This document shows positions 17,742 through 26,573 of a stretch of 64,000 bases of DNA, one piece after another. Within the stretch, counting starts at the first letter, position 1. Each line of letters opens with the position of its first letter. Location of the stretch: contig OX638340.1 of NCBI GenBank assembly GCA_951812955.1, positions 3,680,001-3,744,000 on the forward strand, in the 5' to 3' direction. The DNA is from an uncultured Gemmatimonadota bacterium. GTDB lineage: Bacteria; JAAXHH01. The notes below the pieces were generated by a model that did no database searches, was not told the DNA's origin, and was given only the letters and a program-made list of their open reading frames with translations. The translations under genes and the position numbers were made by a program.

Positions 17742-19622
17742 TTAGACGATGACTTCCTGATAGGGCACGAATATGTCCGTCTGACCGGCCAGCAGTTCCT
17801 TGACGCCGTCCACGATATGATGGGGCATGAACGGTTCGCCGTCGTACTTCCGGATGTGTCCTTCGGCCGTCAACCCGGTCTCGCCGCGCAGATAGCGATG
17901 GAACTGGCCGGAATGGTTGTTTTCCACGATCACCGTGCGCTTCGCGCTGGCAAACACTTCCGCTATGGCCTCCGCATGAAGCGGGACGATCCACTTGACC
18001 GGCAGATGGTTTACGGCGATGCCGTCACGGTTGAGAATTTCCACCGCTTCCCTGATCACGCCGTGGGTCGAACCCCAGCCGATGAGCGTGATTTCGGCGT
18101 CGGCGGCATCGGCGCCTGAAAGCGTGGGCGGTTCAATGCGCCTCGCGACATCCTTGAACTTGCGGGCCCGCTTTTCCACCATCTTGCGTCGCTTGTGGGG
18201 ATTGGTGAACTCATCGCTGACCAGGACACCGTCTTCATCGTGCTCGTCCGTGGCCACAACGTGGGCATATCCCTCCACGCCCGGGAGCGCGCGGGGAGAA
18301 ATGCCGCTATCGGTGTTTTCGTACCGCAGGTAACCGTTGCTCGGTGCGCCGATGAGCCCGTGCCCGTTGGCCTCCTGCGATCCCGTTGGTATGTCGCTCA
18401 CGCCGTTCCTGGATTCGGTGATCAGTTCGCCCCGGTCAATTTCAGGCTGCATATCGATGGCCTCTGGGTCGACGCTGAAGGTGCCTTCGGAGATCAGCAG
18501 ATCCGAGATCACGATGCCCGGGCACTGGAAGTGGTCCACCAGGTTAAACAGTTCGGGCATCGTATTGAAGGCGTCAAGCGCATCGGTCGGCGCCACGATG
18601 AAGCGCTCGAAATCTCCCTGGCTCGCGCCCAGAATCTGCCAAAGGTCGCCCTGCTCCGTCTTGGTGGGCACGCCCGTGGACGGTCCGGCGCGCTGCACGT
18701 CGATGAAGACGACCGGTATTTCCAACATCGCCGCGCTGCCCACCGCCTCGGTCATCAGGGCGAATCCGCCGCCCGACGTCGCGCACATGGACCGGCAGCC
18801 CACGTGAGCCGCGCCGATCGCCATGTTGGCCACGCCGATCTCGTCTTCGACCTGACGTACCATGATACCCAGTTCCCGGGCGTTCTGCGCCATCCAGTGG
18901 AGGACGCCGGTGGATGGACTCATGGGATAGGCACAGTAGAACTTGACCCCGGCGGACGCGCCGCCCATGGCCAGCGCATCGTTGCCCGTCCATACCGCCA
19001 GCGGCTTTCCGCCGGAGGGAACGGCAAGATTGAAATGTTCGAAATGCTCTGCGGCGTAGTCGAATCCCGCGCGTGCCACGCCCACGTTCTCGTCGACGAC
19101 TTCCTGGCCCTTGCGCTGAAACTGCATGGTGATGATCTCTTCCAGGATCTGGAAGTCCATGCCGAGCAGGTTGAGGATCGTTCCGAGGGCGACGGTGTTC
19201 TGCACCAGCTTGTTCCGGTTGTTGTCGGTCAGTTCGCCGATGGGAAGCGGACACAGATGCACGCCGTCTCCCGGGCTGCCCGGCGTAATGGTGTCGCCAT
19301 TGTATATGACCCGCGTGCCGGGACCCATGAGCCCCAGGTGCCGGTCCATCGTATCCTGGTTCAGGCAGACCAGCAGGTCGAGTTTGTCGCCATGGTTATG
19401 AACCGGCCGATCACTGATCCTCATCGTGAGGAAAATATGACCGCCCCGGATGATCGACTGGTAGGCATTGTAGGCGTTGAGATGCAGTCCGCGTCGGATG
19501 AAAATCCGGGCGAGCACGTTGCCCGGCGTGGCGATTCCCTGGCCTGCCGCACCGCCTATGGCAATGGCAAAGTCGAATCTTTCTGAACTCATCGGTTGCT
19601 CCTGTCTGTACATCAAGGACAA
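17742..19622 (-). CDS. korA: 2-oxoacid:ferredoxin oxidoreductase alpha subunit (fused gamma-alpha)
   Basis: 626 aa with N-terminal gamma-like FAIAIGGAAGQGIATPG, then alpha-domain blocks (KFYCAYPMSPSTGVLHWMA). Immediately upstream of korB. Confidence 0.9.
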   Translation of the reverse strand: MSLMYRQEQPMSSERFDFAIAIGGAAGQGIATPGNVLARIFIRRGLHLNAYNAYQSIIRGGHIFLTMRISDRPVHNHGDKLDLLVCLNQDTMDRHLGLMGPGTRVIYNGDTITPGSPGDGVHLCPLPIGELTDNNRNKLVQNTVALGTILNLLGMDFQILEEIITMQFQRKGQEVVDENVGVARAGFDYAAEHFEHFNLAVPSGGKPLAVWTGNDALAMGGASAGVKFYCAYPMSPSTGVLHWMAQNARELGIMVRQVEDEIGVANMAIGAAHVGCRSMCATSGGGFALMTEAVGSAAMLEIPVVFIDVQRAGPSTGVPTKTEQGDLWQILGASQGDFERFIVAPTDALDAFNTMPELFNLVDHFQCPGIVISDLLISEGTFSVDPEAIDMQPEIDRGELITESRNGVSDIPTGSQEANGHGLIGAPSNGYLRYENTDSGISPRALPGVEGYAHVVATDEHDEDGVLVSDEFTNPHKRRKMVEKRARKFKDVARRIEPPTLSGADAADAEITLIGWGSTHGVIREAVEILNRDGIAVNHLPVKWIVPLHAEAIAEVFASAKRTVIVENNHSGQFHRYLRGETGLTAEGHIRKYDGEPFMPHHIVDGVKELLAGQTDIFVPYQEVIV

Positions 19623-19994
19623 GCTGATCTGCCGACGTACGCACGAGTTGTTATTTAGGTATCACGAACGAATAGCGGGAACCAACAAGATACACACTGC
19701 CCTGTGGAGTGTCAACCATTCCTTATGTTTCTTGGGTACAGGCTGCTCCATGGCCCATCGGGTGCCTGCAGCAGGCCATTTTTTGTCGGCGACAGGTAAC
19801 CAGAAAAAACCTAAGCCGCGCTCATGCCCAGGCGTTATTCTACCTTGACACCGGCAGGAATACACCGCTTTATTTTTGATCGAAATCCACCCGTTCATCC
19901 CGAACGGGACCCTGCGCAAATCGGAGTTCGGCCGCGCCCTGCGCATTGCCTCGAACACGAACAACGCGTAAAACAAGTATATCGGGATAGGAAA

Positions 19995-20768
19995 ATGAAC
20001 GGCGCCGAAATCGTACGTCGGTACGAAGAAGATGGTTACGTCGTCGTGCCCGGGGTCATCGACAGCGAGCTGACCGCCGAGGCGCAGGGACATATCGAGT
20101 GGATGGGAGAGAAACACCCCGATGTCCGCCCCGAACAGTACCATCACCACCTGATCGTGGACGATCCGTTCTGGATACGACTTTGCACCGACCCTCGGCT
20201 CATCGACGTCATCGAACCGTTCCTGGGTCCCGATATCGCGCTCTTCGCGGCGCACTACATCAGCAAGCCGCCCCGGGACGGGCAGCCCGTACTCTGGCAC
20301 CAGGACGGGAACTACTGGCCGCTGGAGCCCATGGAGGTCATCACGATCTGGCTGGCCGTGGACGATTCGAACCCGGAAAACGGATGCATGCGGGTCGTCC
20401 CCGGCAGCCACCGGGACCAGAACCTGTTCAAACACCGTGCTTCGGACGGGGAAAACGTGTTGCGTTCGGAACTCGATCTGAAGGTGGATGAATCCACTGC
20501 GGCGGACGTCGTCGTGCCGGCGGGCGGCGTTTCGCTGCACGATCCCTACCTGATTCACGGCTCTGAGGCCAACCGGTCCGACCGTCGGCGATGCGGGTTG
20601 ACCCTCCGGTATATCCCCACGACCACGCGTATAAAGCGCGAGAACTTCCCGGCCTACCTTTGCCGCGGCAGGGCGGTGGAGGGCATCAACCACTATCCCC
20701 CGCTTCCCCGCTTCCGTGCCGGCGAACACTATCCCTTTAACGGGTGTGACCGGCCGCCGTGGAACTGA
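19995..20768 (+). CDS. Phytanoyl-CoA dioxygenase (PhyH) family Fe(II)/2-oxoglutarate oxygenase
   Basis: MNGAEIVRRYEEDGYVVVPGVID...WHQDGNYWP...HGSEAN shows the PhyH family pattern with an HxD...H facial triad. Start was chosen at the internal Met (the ORF opens at 19824). Confidence 0.8.
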   Translation: MNGAEIVRRYEEDGYVVVPGVIDSELTAEAQGHIEWMGEKHPDVRPEQYHHHLIVDDPFWIRLCTDPRLIDVIEPFLGPDIALFAAHYISKPPRDGQPVLWHQDGNYWPLEPMEVITIWLAVDDSNPENGCMRVVPGSHRDQNLFKHRASDGENVLRSELDLKVDESTAADVVVPAGGVSLHDPYLIHGSEANRSDRRRCGLTLRYIPTTTRIKRENFPAYLCRGRAVEGINHYPPLPRFRAGEHYPFNGCDRPPWN

Positions 20769-20780
20769 CCGGACCTTCGC

Positions 20781-22139
20781 TCAGATTATCCCCATATCCT
20801 TCAATTCCTGCCTGACCGCGTACATGGCGCCTTCGGATGCCAGGACCCATAGACGGTCCCCTGGAGTCAGCCTGCGCATGATGTCGTGAAACACGTCGCT
20901 GACATCCGCTGCCGCGGCCATTTCTTCCGCGTCCATCTGCTCGTCCATCAAGGCCAGGTGCGCCCCGCCCGCGCCGGCCACGTGCACGGACCTCGACCGG
21001 TCCGCCATCCCATCCAGATCGTCGTCAGAGATCCACGGTCCGTTTCGTCCGTCACGTACGGCCTCGTCAAGCAGAAACAGGTAGTGGCCCCGCCGCCGGT
21101 CAAGCAGGCAGGTCCTGAGCGCTTCATGGAGCGAAGTCCTGTTCTTGATCGTCAAAAGGCGTGCTTCCCGCTCATGGATCACCACCCGCTCGTCCCGCCC
21201 TCCGATGGACGTTACGGACTCGAGACCCTTGCGTATCGACACGGGACTCAGGCCGAGCGTGATCGCGGCGGCCGCCGCGGCCGCCGCGTTGTACACGTTG
21301 TGGAGCCCGGTTAACCGAAAGCGCACGTCCAGGGGACCCCGAGGGGTGATGAGCCGGAAGTTCGATTCTTCCGATCCCAGGTCCACGTCGATCGCGTAGA
21401 CCGTGGGCAACGGCCTTTCCCAACCGCAGCCTTCGCACGCGTAGTCGCCCAGATGGGCGAGACAGGTGATTCGGTAGGTCAGGGGAACGCCGCAACGATG
21501 GCATGGCACCTCCGGAATGGACGAATCCGCCAATTGCAGGCGCTCATCCTCCACACCGAAGTAGGTCAGCCGGGGCGGCACGCCGCGCGTGAATCCGCCG
21601 CAGAGGACCGGATCGTCTGCGTTTACGAGGATGTTCTGTCCGGCGGTCATGGTGCCGAACCAGTTGCACCATTCCCCAGCCAGGGCAATAGCGTCGACCC
21701 CCTGGCTCAGTTCATCGTCGTACAGATTGTTCAGTACGAGCGTGCGGGGACCGCATACCCTGATCGCCCTGCCAAGTATGCCGGTTTCGAAACCGAATAC
21801 GCCGTAGTCCGCATGGATTTTGCCACGCCGGTCGGTCGCCCGGACCAGGGTTGAGACGACCTCGTCGACGGAAGGCGCGATGTCTTCAGGGTAAAGCGTG
21901 CGTGCGTCGGCCTGCCGGAGAATCGCGGCCAGGATCCTGCAGGTCGTGTGCTTGCCGTTTGTCCCGGTAACTCCGACGACGCCTTGCTGGAACTGACGCA
22001 CCAGTGATCGGGCCAGACGCGGCCAGGCAGCGGCGGTGAGGGTGCCCGGCGGGATGCGTCCGCGGGAGAAATCAAACAAATCGGCCGCCTTCGCGACGGA
22101 CTTGTCAATCGAAAGGGCGGCCGATTGGAGTATACGCAT
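20781..22139 (-). CDS. Mur ligase family protein, MurT-like (Mur ligase central domain with Cys4 zinc ribbon, then DUF1727-like C-terminus)
   Basis: GVTGTNGKHTT P-loop. Zinc-ribbon CHRCGVPLTY...CEGCG. The C-terminal domain resembles DUF1727 of MurT. No GatD-like amidotransferase is adjacent. Confidence 0.55.
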   Translation of the reverse strand: MRILQSAALSIDKSVAKAADLFDFSRGRIPPGTLTAAAWPRLARSLVRQFQQGVVGVTGTNGKHTTCRILAAILRQADARTLYPEDIAPSVDEVVSTLVRATDRRGKIHADYGVFGFETGILGRAIRVCGPRTLVLNNLYDDELSQGVDAIALAGEWCNWFGTMTAGQNILVNADDPVLCGGFTRGVPPRLTYFGVEDERLQLADSSIPEVPCHRCGVPLTYRITCLAHLGDYACEGCGWERPLPTVYAIDVDLGSEESNFRLITPRGPLDVRFRLTGLHNVYNAAAAAAAAITLGLSPVSIRKGLESVTSIGGRDERVVIHEREARLLTIKNRTSLHEALRTCLLDRRRGHYLFLLDEAVRDGRNGPWISDDDLDGMADRSRSVHVAGAGGAHLALMDEQMDAEEMAAAADVSDVFHDIMRRLTPGDRLWVLASEGAMYAVRQELKDMGII

Positions 22140-22174
22140 AGGAGGTTGATCAATGCCGGGGAATCAACCCTTGG

Positions 22175-22582
22175 TCATATCTTTACGCCGCGCCATTCGT
22201 CCCTGTCACCGGAAATATCGACAATGTTTCCGTCGGGATCGATGGCCTTGAAAGCGATCTCCGGCGGGGTATCGGAGGAGATGGCGTCGCGGCCCTTAAC
22301 GGTCTTCGGCGCTTCCGCTCCCCAGTTCCGGACCCTGTGCCAGGCGGCGTGGAGATCGTCAACCAGCACGCCGAAATGAATGTACTCCTCGCCTTCCTCT
22401 AGCGTCGGCCGCGACGGATCGTCATGGGGCAATAGCGTGATATTTGCGGTTCCGTCACTGAGATCGACCGCTTCGCCGTTTCCCCGCCGGCCGATGAAGT
22501 CAAAACCGATGACTTCCTCGTAGAAACGCCGCGAGACCGCCACGTCCCGGCACCGAAGTGCCAGGTGACGCAGAAAAGCCAT
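22175..22582 (-). CDS. VOC (glyoxalase/bleomycin-resistance/dioxygenase) family protein
   Basis: 135 aa with a betaalphabetabetabeta module pattern (FLRHLALRCRDVAVSRRFYEEVIGF...IHFGVLVDDL). Confidence 0.7.
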   Translation of the reverse strand: MAFLRHLALRCRDVAVSRRFYEEVIGFDFIGRRGNGEAVDLSDGTANITLLPHDDPSRPTLEEGEEYIHFGVLVDDLHAAWHRVRNWGAEAPKTVKGRDAISSDTPPEIAFKAIDPDGNIVDISGDRDEWRGVKI

Positions 22583-22638
22583 ATCGTGATCCTCCGGATG
22601 CTACCGCCTATTGCCCGTAAAGCGGGAAACCGCCTGGC

Positions 22639-24063
22639 TTAGAGCCGCTTCTCTTTGGCTATTTCCTCGATGGCGCCGATGAACTGGTCGGTCTGGGCAT
22701 CGGTCACCATGACGTGCATCGACGTCCGGTTGGCGTCCCAGTTGATCTCGTCGTGGGTGACGTTCCGGATGTAAATACGGTGGCGTTCCCACAGTGTGTT
22801 GTTCAGGTCTCGGGTACTCACGCCACTGACCTTGAACGATACCAGCGCGGCACTCATGCGCGGGTCCGGCGAACTGTAGACGTCGACACCGTCCATGTTG
22901 CGCAGGGCGTTGGCTACCCGTGTGGCCTGGTGGCGGTTCCGGCTTTCGATGGCCGCCGGACCGATCATGTTGTGGAAGTCCAACGCGGCGTCGATGGCGA
23001 CGCGCGCCGGGGCGTTCGAGGAACCCCGCAACTCGAACTTGGCAGCTCCCGCCAGGTATTCGTCGTAGTACACCTTGGCGAAGCCCGTGGGTTCCAGACC
23101 GTACATGGTGAGTCCGTTCACGGGGCCGGAATACAGGGTCGGCCACACACGGTCCACGATGTCCTCTTTCACGTAGAAGAAACCGGTGTACATGGAGGCC
23201 ATCATCCACTTGTGACACGGACCCGCGTACATGTCGCAACTCAGGTCGTGCATGTCGAGGTCGAGCATGCCCGGCGGTTGCGCCCCGTCTACCAGGGTCA
23301 GGATGCCCTTGGACCGGGCCATCTCACAGATTTCCTTCACGGGAAGGACCAGGCCGTCGCCGTAATTGACATGGCAGAAGCTGAGCAGCTTCGTCCGCGG
23401 CGTGATGGCGGCCTCGAAGGCCTTCAGCAGCATATCGGGATTGTCGGGCGGATGGAAATCCGGGGAGGACAGGTCGATCATCACGGTCTTCGTCCCCTGC
23501 CGTGCCGCCCGGAGATTGATAGGCTGAACTCCGCTGGAGTGATCGTGGTTGGTCGTCACGATCTCGTCGCCCGGTTCCATGTCGATACCGAATGTGCCGA
23601 AGTTCATGCCCTCGGTCGTATTGTTTGTGAAGGCGACCTCGTTCGACTTGCAGCCGATGTACTTCGCCATCTTATTGCGCATATTCGTCCGGAAGTCGCT
23701 GTTGTAGACGTAACTGGTGTAGCTCTTGTAGTTCGAGTTCGCGCCTTCCATCGCGGCGACCTGCGCCCTGTGCACCGGACCGGGGGACGGTCCGCGCGTA
23801 CCGGTGTTCATGTAGGACACGCCATCGCGGATGATGAACTGGTCGGCCACCCAGTTCCAGTACGCCACGTCATCGGGTTCCGGAAGATGGTCTTCGGGTA
23901 TAGGCGGCTTGGCCCCGGCTTTTCCGGCCATGGACAGCAATGCGGTTCCCGCGGCGAGCCCTCCAGCGATTCGACCGATGAAACCTCGCCGGGACAGTGC
24001 TTTCAGCTTTTCCGAATCTTCGTATTTCGGGTCGAAATTTAAACCGGTCTCTTCCGTAATCAT
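22639..24063 (-). CDS. Class V aminotransferase-fold PLP-dependent enzyme with Tat signal peptide
   Basis: Twin-arginine motif SRRGFIGRIAGGLAAGTALLSMAGKAGA. The class V fold pattern is present (TTEGMNF...LLSFCHVNYGDG...DMYAGPCHKWMMA). Start was chosen at MITEETGL; the ORF opens further upstream at 24231. Confidence 0.75.
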   Translation of the reverse strand: MITEETGLNFDPKYEDSEKLKALSRRGFIGRIAGGLAAGTALLSMAGKAGAKPPIPEDHLPEPDDVAYWNWVADQFIIRDGVSYMNTGTRGPSPGPVHRAQVAAMEGANSNYKSYTSYVYNSDFRTNMRNKMAKYIGCKSNEVAFTNNTTEGMNFGTFGIDMEPGDEIVTTNHDHSSGVQPINLRAARQGTKTVMIDLSSPDFHPPDNPDMLLKAFEAAITPRTKLLSFCHVNYGDGLVLPVKEICEMARSKGILTLVDGAQPPGMLDLDMHDLSCDMYAGPCHKWMMASMYTGFFYVKEDIVDRVWPTLYSGPVNGLTMYGLEPTGFAKVYYDEYLAGAAKFELRGSSNAPARVAIDAALDFHNMIGPAAIESRNRHQATRVANALRNMDGVDVYSSPDPRMSAALVSFKVSGVSTRDLNNTLWERHRIYIRNVTHDEINWDANRTSMHVMVTDAQTDQFIGAIEEIAKEKRL

Positions 24064-24299
24064 GGTGTATCTCCCAAGTGATGCCTCCGGCGCGCTCATG
24101 CAGTTAAACCGGTGTAGGCCACCGCGGCAGACCGTGCCAGGGGATCTGGAAATAAGGCTATTGTAGCGAGAATCTGTAAAGAGAGTATACAGGGCACCGA
24201 AGGGGGACTTCAAGTAAAAACTGCATTTCACGGGATTTGCGGCCGGATGGTTCCGATTTCTGGTTGCGGGGTGCCGGAAACTCCGCTTACTTGATAGGT

Positions 24300-24389
24300 G
24301 CCTGTTCGATCTTCAAAGGCAATTCCATCGGGGATAGCTGGATATAGTTGCCCGTTCGATTTTCGAGTGTAGTTCTATCGGGGAAAGCT
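24300..24389. repeat. Two imperfect ~40-bp direct repeats in divergent intergenic region
   Basis: cctgttcgatcttcaaaggcaattccatcggggatagctgg (24300-24340) versus cccgttcgattttcgagtgtagttctatcggggaaagctcg (24348-24388), ~75% identical with 48-bp spacing. They lie inside a ~430-bp intergenic region. Confidence 0.6.
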
Positions 24390-24492
24390 CGATTCGACCG
24401 CTCCGAGCCGGAAGGCAAGTGCATACAGTCCAGGGGCGACTACCAGTCACCGGCCGCCCATATCCGCCGCGAAGCCAGAAAGGGTATGCTAC

Positions 24493-25620
24493 GTGAAAAT
24501 CGAAGACATCGCCTCGTATTTCATCGGAGGCGGGTACGTCATCCGCATCCGGACCGACAGCGGCCTCACCGGGGTGGGCCAGACCGCCTGCTGGGGATAT
24601 CCGGAAGCCGTACACCAGATCGTTGAGCGGTTCAAAGACTACCTGGTGGGACAGGACCCCTTCCGCATCGAGCATCACTGGCAGTACCTCTACCGCATGT
24701 CGCCCTTCCGGGGAAGCGCCTTGTCCGGTGCGGTCAGCGCCGTCGATATCGCCCTGTGGGATATAAAGGGGAAGCACTTCGGCATACCGATCTGGGAGTT
24801 GCTCGGCGGGAATTGCAGGGATAGAGTCAGGCTTCATCTGCTGGGTGGCGGCGGCACCCCGGAGGCCATGTACGAATCCGCGCGCAACGCGGCGTCGGAG
24901 GGCTTCACGGCGCTCAAGTTCGATCCCCTGCCGGGCGGCTACCAGGACATGGCCCTGGACCGGATGATACGTACCGCCCGGGATCTCGTCGCGGCAGCCC
25001 GGGACGGCGGCGGCCCGGACATGGATCTCATCGTGGAGGTCCACCGCAAGTTGACCCCGTTGACCGCCATGCCACTGGCCAACGCCCTGACCGAATTCAA
25101 CCTCTATTTCATCGAGGATCCCATCCAGATCGACAGCATCATGGCCCAGGGCGAAATCGCGCGGCGGATCGGTATCCCCGTCGGGAACGGGGAACGCCTG
25201 AACACCATTTGGGAATTCCAGGAACTCCTGGCCCACGGCGGACCGCAATACGTGCGGCCGGACGTGGCCCTGGCGGGCGGCCTGACGCACTGCAAGAAGA
25301 TCGCCGCCATTGCCGAGGCCCATCACTGCGCCGTCGTCACCCACAATTTCCTGACGCCCCTCATCACCGCCGCTTCCGTTCACCTGGACACCTGCATACC
25401 GAACTTCGTGACGCAGGAGTACAGCATGGGGGACGAATCGGAGGCCAGCACGGTGTACCGGACCAACATCCGGCGGGAAGGCGGGTACATACCGATTCCC
25501 CGCGATCCGGGCCTGGGTGTCGAACTGGATGACGAATTGCTGGCCGGCGCGGCGTTTTCGCCAATGAATACCGCGAATACGTTGCTCAGGTCGGACGGTT
25601 CGGTGGCCAACTCGGTCTAA
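24493..25620 (+). CDS. Enolase-superfamily enzyme (mandelate racemase/muconate-lactonizing family; sugar-acid dehydratase-like)
   Basis: Capping domain followed by TIM barrel. AVDIALWDIKGKHFGIPIWELLGG and KFDP...EDP...GER metal-ligand blocks. Confidence 0.8.
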   Translation: MKIEDIASYFIGGGYVIRIRTDSGLTGVGQTACWGYPEAVHQIVERFKDYLVGQDPFRIEHHWQYLYRMSPFRGSALSGAVSAVDIALWDIKGKHFGIPIWELLGGNCRDRVRLHLLGGGGTPEAMYESARNAASEGFTALKFDPLPGGYQDMALDRMIRTARDLVAAARDGGGPDMDLIVEVHRKLTPLTAMPLANALTEFNLYFIEDPIQIDSIMAQGEIARRIGIPVGNGERLNTIWEFQELLAHGGPQYVRPDVALAGGLTHCKKIAAIAEAHHCAVVTHNFLTPLITAASVHLDTCIPNFVTQEYSMGDESEASTVYRTNIRREGGYIPIPRDPGLGVELDDELLAGAAFSPMNTANTLLRSDGSVANSV

Positions 25621-25662
25621 GACTTCACGCCCCGGCGCAGGGCCGGGAGGTAGAGAGCGTAC

Positions 25663-26451
25663 ATGCGTCGATTCAGTTTATTGCATCCGCTGTGGATGGC
25701 CTTTTACGACGGGGAGATCTACGAGGATGTGGCCCGGTTCTGGCGAAACCGCGTGTTTTTGTACCTTGTCCTGCTTCTGGCCCTGACCTGGATTCCTGTC
25801 ACGATACAGATCCAGAACCAGGTGGACGAATGGGTCAGCCGGGAGGCCCCGTTCTATATCGACCAGGTCCCGGACCTGAGCCTGTCCGGCGGCGAACTCT
25901 CCACCTCCTCCTCCGCGCCGACGCTGCTGCGGGACCGGGACGGGACGGTCATGGCCGTGATCGACCCCACCGGCCGGTACACCAGCCTGGACGACACCGA
26001 AGCGCCGGTGCTGGTGACGAAGACCCGGATCTTCGTCCGGGGAGAGGGCGACCAGGTCGAAGTCAGTACACTGCCGGACGGACCGCCGGAGACGCTGACC
26101 CGGGAGGACCTGTACGTGATCGCAGACTGGACCCGGTCCCTGGTCAACACGCTGCTCTTGCCCGTCCTGCTCGTGCTTTCCTTCGCGTACCGGTTGCTGC
26201 AGGCGATGCTTTTTGCCTACGTGGCATCATTTTTCACGGCGTCCACCGGAGGGAGCCTTCCGTACCGTACGCTCCTGAACCTGGCGGTCATCGCCATCAC
26301 GCCGGCCGTCGTGCTGGACACCGTGCACGTGCTCATGGAATCTCCGCTGCCGGACTGGTTCTGGTGGCCGGCGTGCGTGGTGTTGTCCCTCGGCTATCTG
26401 CGCTTCGGCATCCGGGTCACGCTGGAATCCGAACAGCGGTCCGCGGCCTGA
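25663..26451 (+). CDS. Membrane protein of unknown function (DUF1189-like)
   Basis: 262 aa with TM helices at the N- and C-termini and a central soluble domain. No catalytic motifs recognised. Confidence 0.5.
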   Translation: MRRFSLLHPLWMAFYDGEIYEDVARFWRNRVFLYLVLLLALTWIPVTIQIQNQVDEWVSREAPFYIDQVPDLSLSGGELSTSSSAPTLLRDRDGTVMAVIDPTGRYTSLDDTEAPVLVTKTRIFVRGEGDQVEVSTLPDGPPETLTREDLYVIADWTRSLVNTLLLPVLLVLSFAYRLLQAMLFAYVASFFTASTGGSLPYRTLLNLAVIAITPAVVLDTVHVLMESPLPDWFWWPACVVLSLGYLRFGIRVTLESEQRSAA

Positions 26452-26573
26452 ACGCCTTCGGTATGTCTGTCGCAAAGCAAAGGCTTCGAGCAAAACGGGT
26501 TTCAGGACATTGCATGATCATTGCTTCAAATATTGGTCGTCCTTTCTTTCACCCACAGATGTGAGGAAACGCC

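Noticed and set aside
17008-17994. 328-aa minus ORF and 17010..17726 (+) ORF overlapping korB
   Set aside because: Rejected as alternative-frame or antisense overlaps. korB's frame has TPP-binding motifs.
18195-19586. 463-aa + strand ORF and 18574..19254 (-) ORF overlapping korA
   Set aside because: Rejected as shadows of the 626-aa korA gene, with low-complexity Arg/His/Gly-rich sequences.
19662-20729. 355-aa minus-strand ORF opposite the PhyH gene
   Set aside because: Rejected as an antisense shadow. The PhyH frame has conserved dioxygenase motifs.
22601-24042. 22714..24042 (+) 442-aa ORF and 22601..23239 (-) ORF overlapping the class V PLP enzyme gene
   Set aside because: Rejected as shadow ORFs with H/R/G/V-rich low-complexity translations.
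24313-25383. 356-aa minus-strand ORF opposite the enolase-superfamily gene
   Set aside because: Rejected as an antisense shadow. It begins in the intergenic repeat region and has no domain signature.
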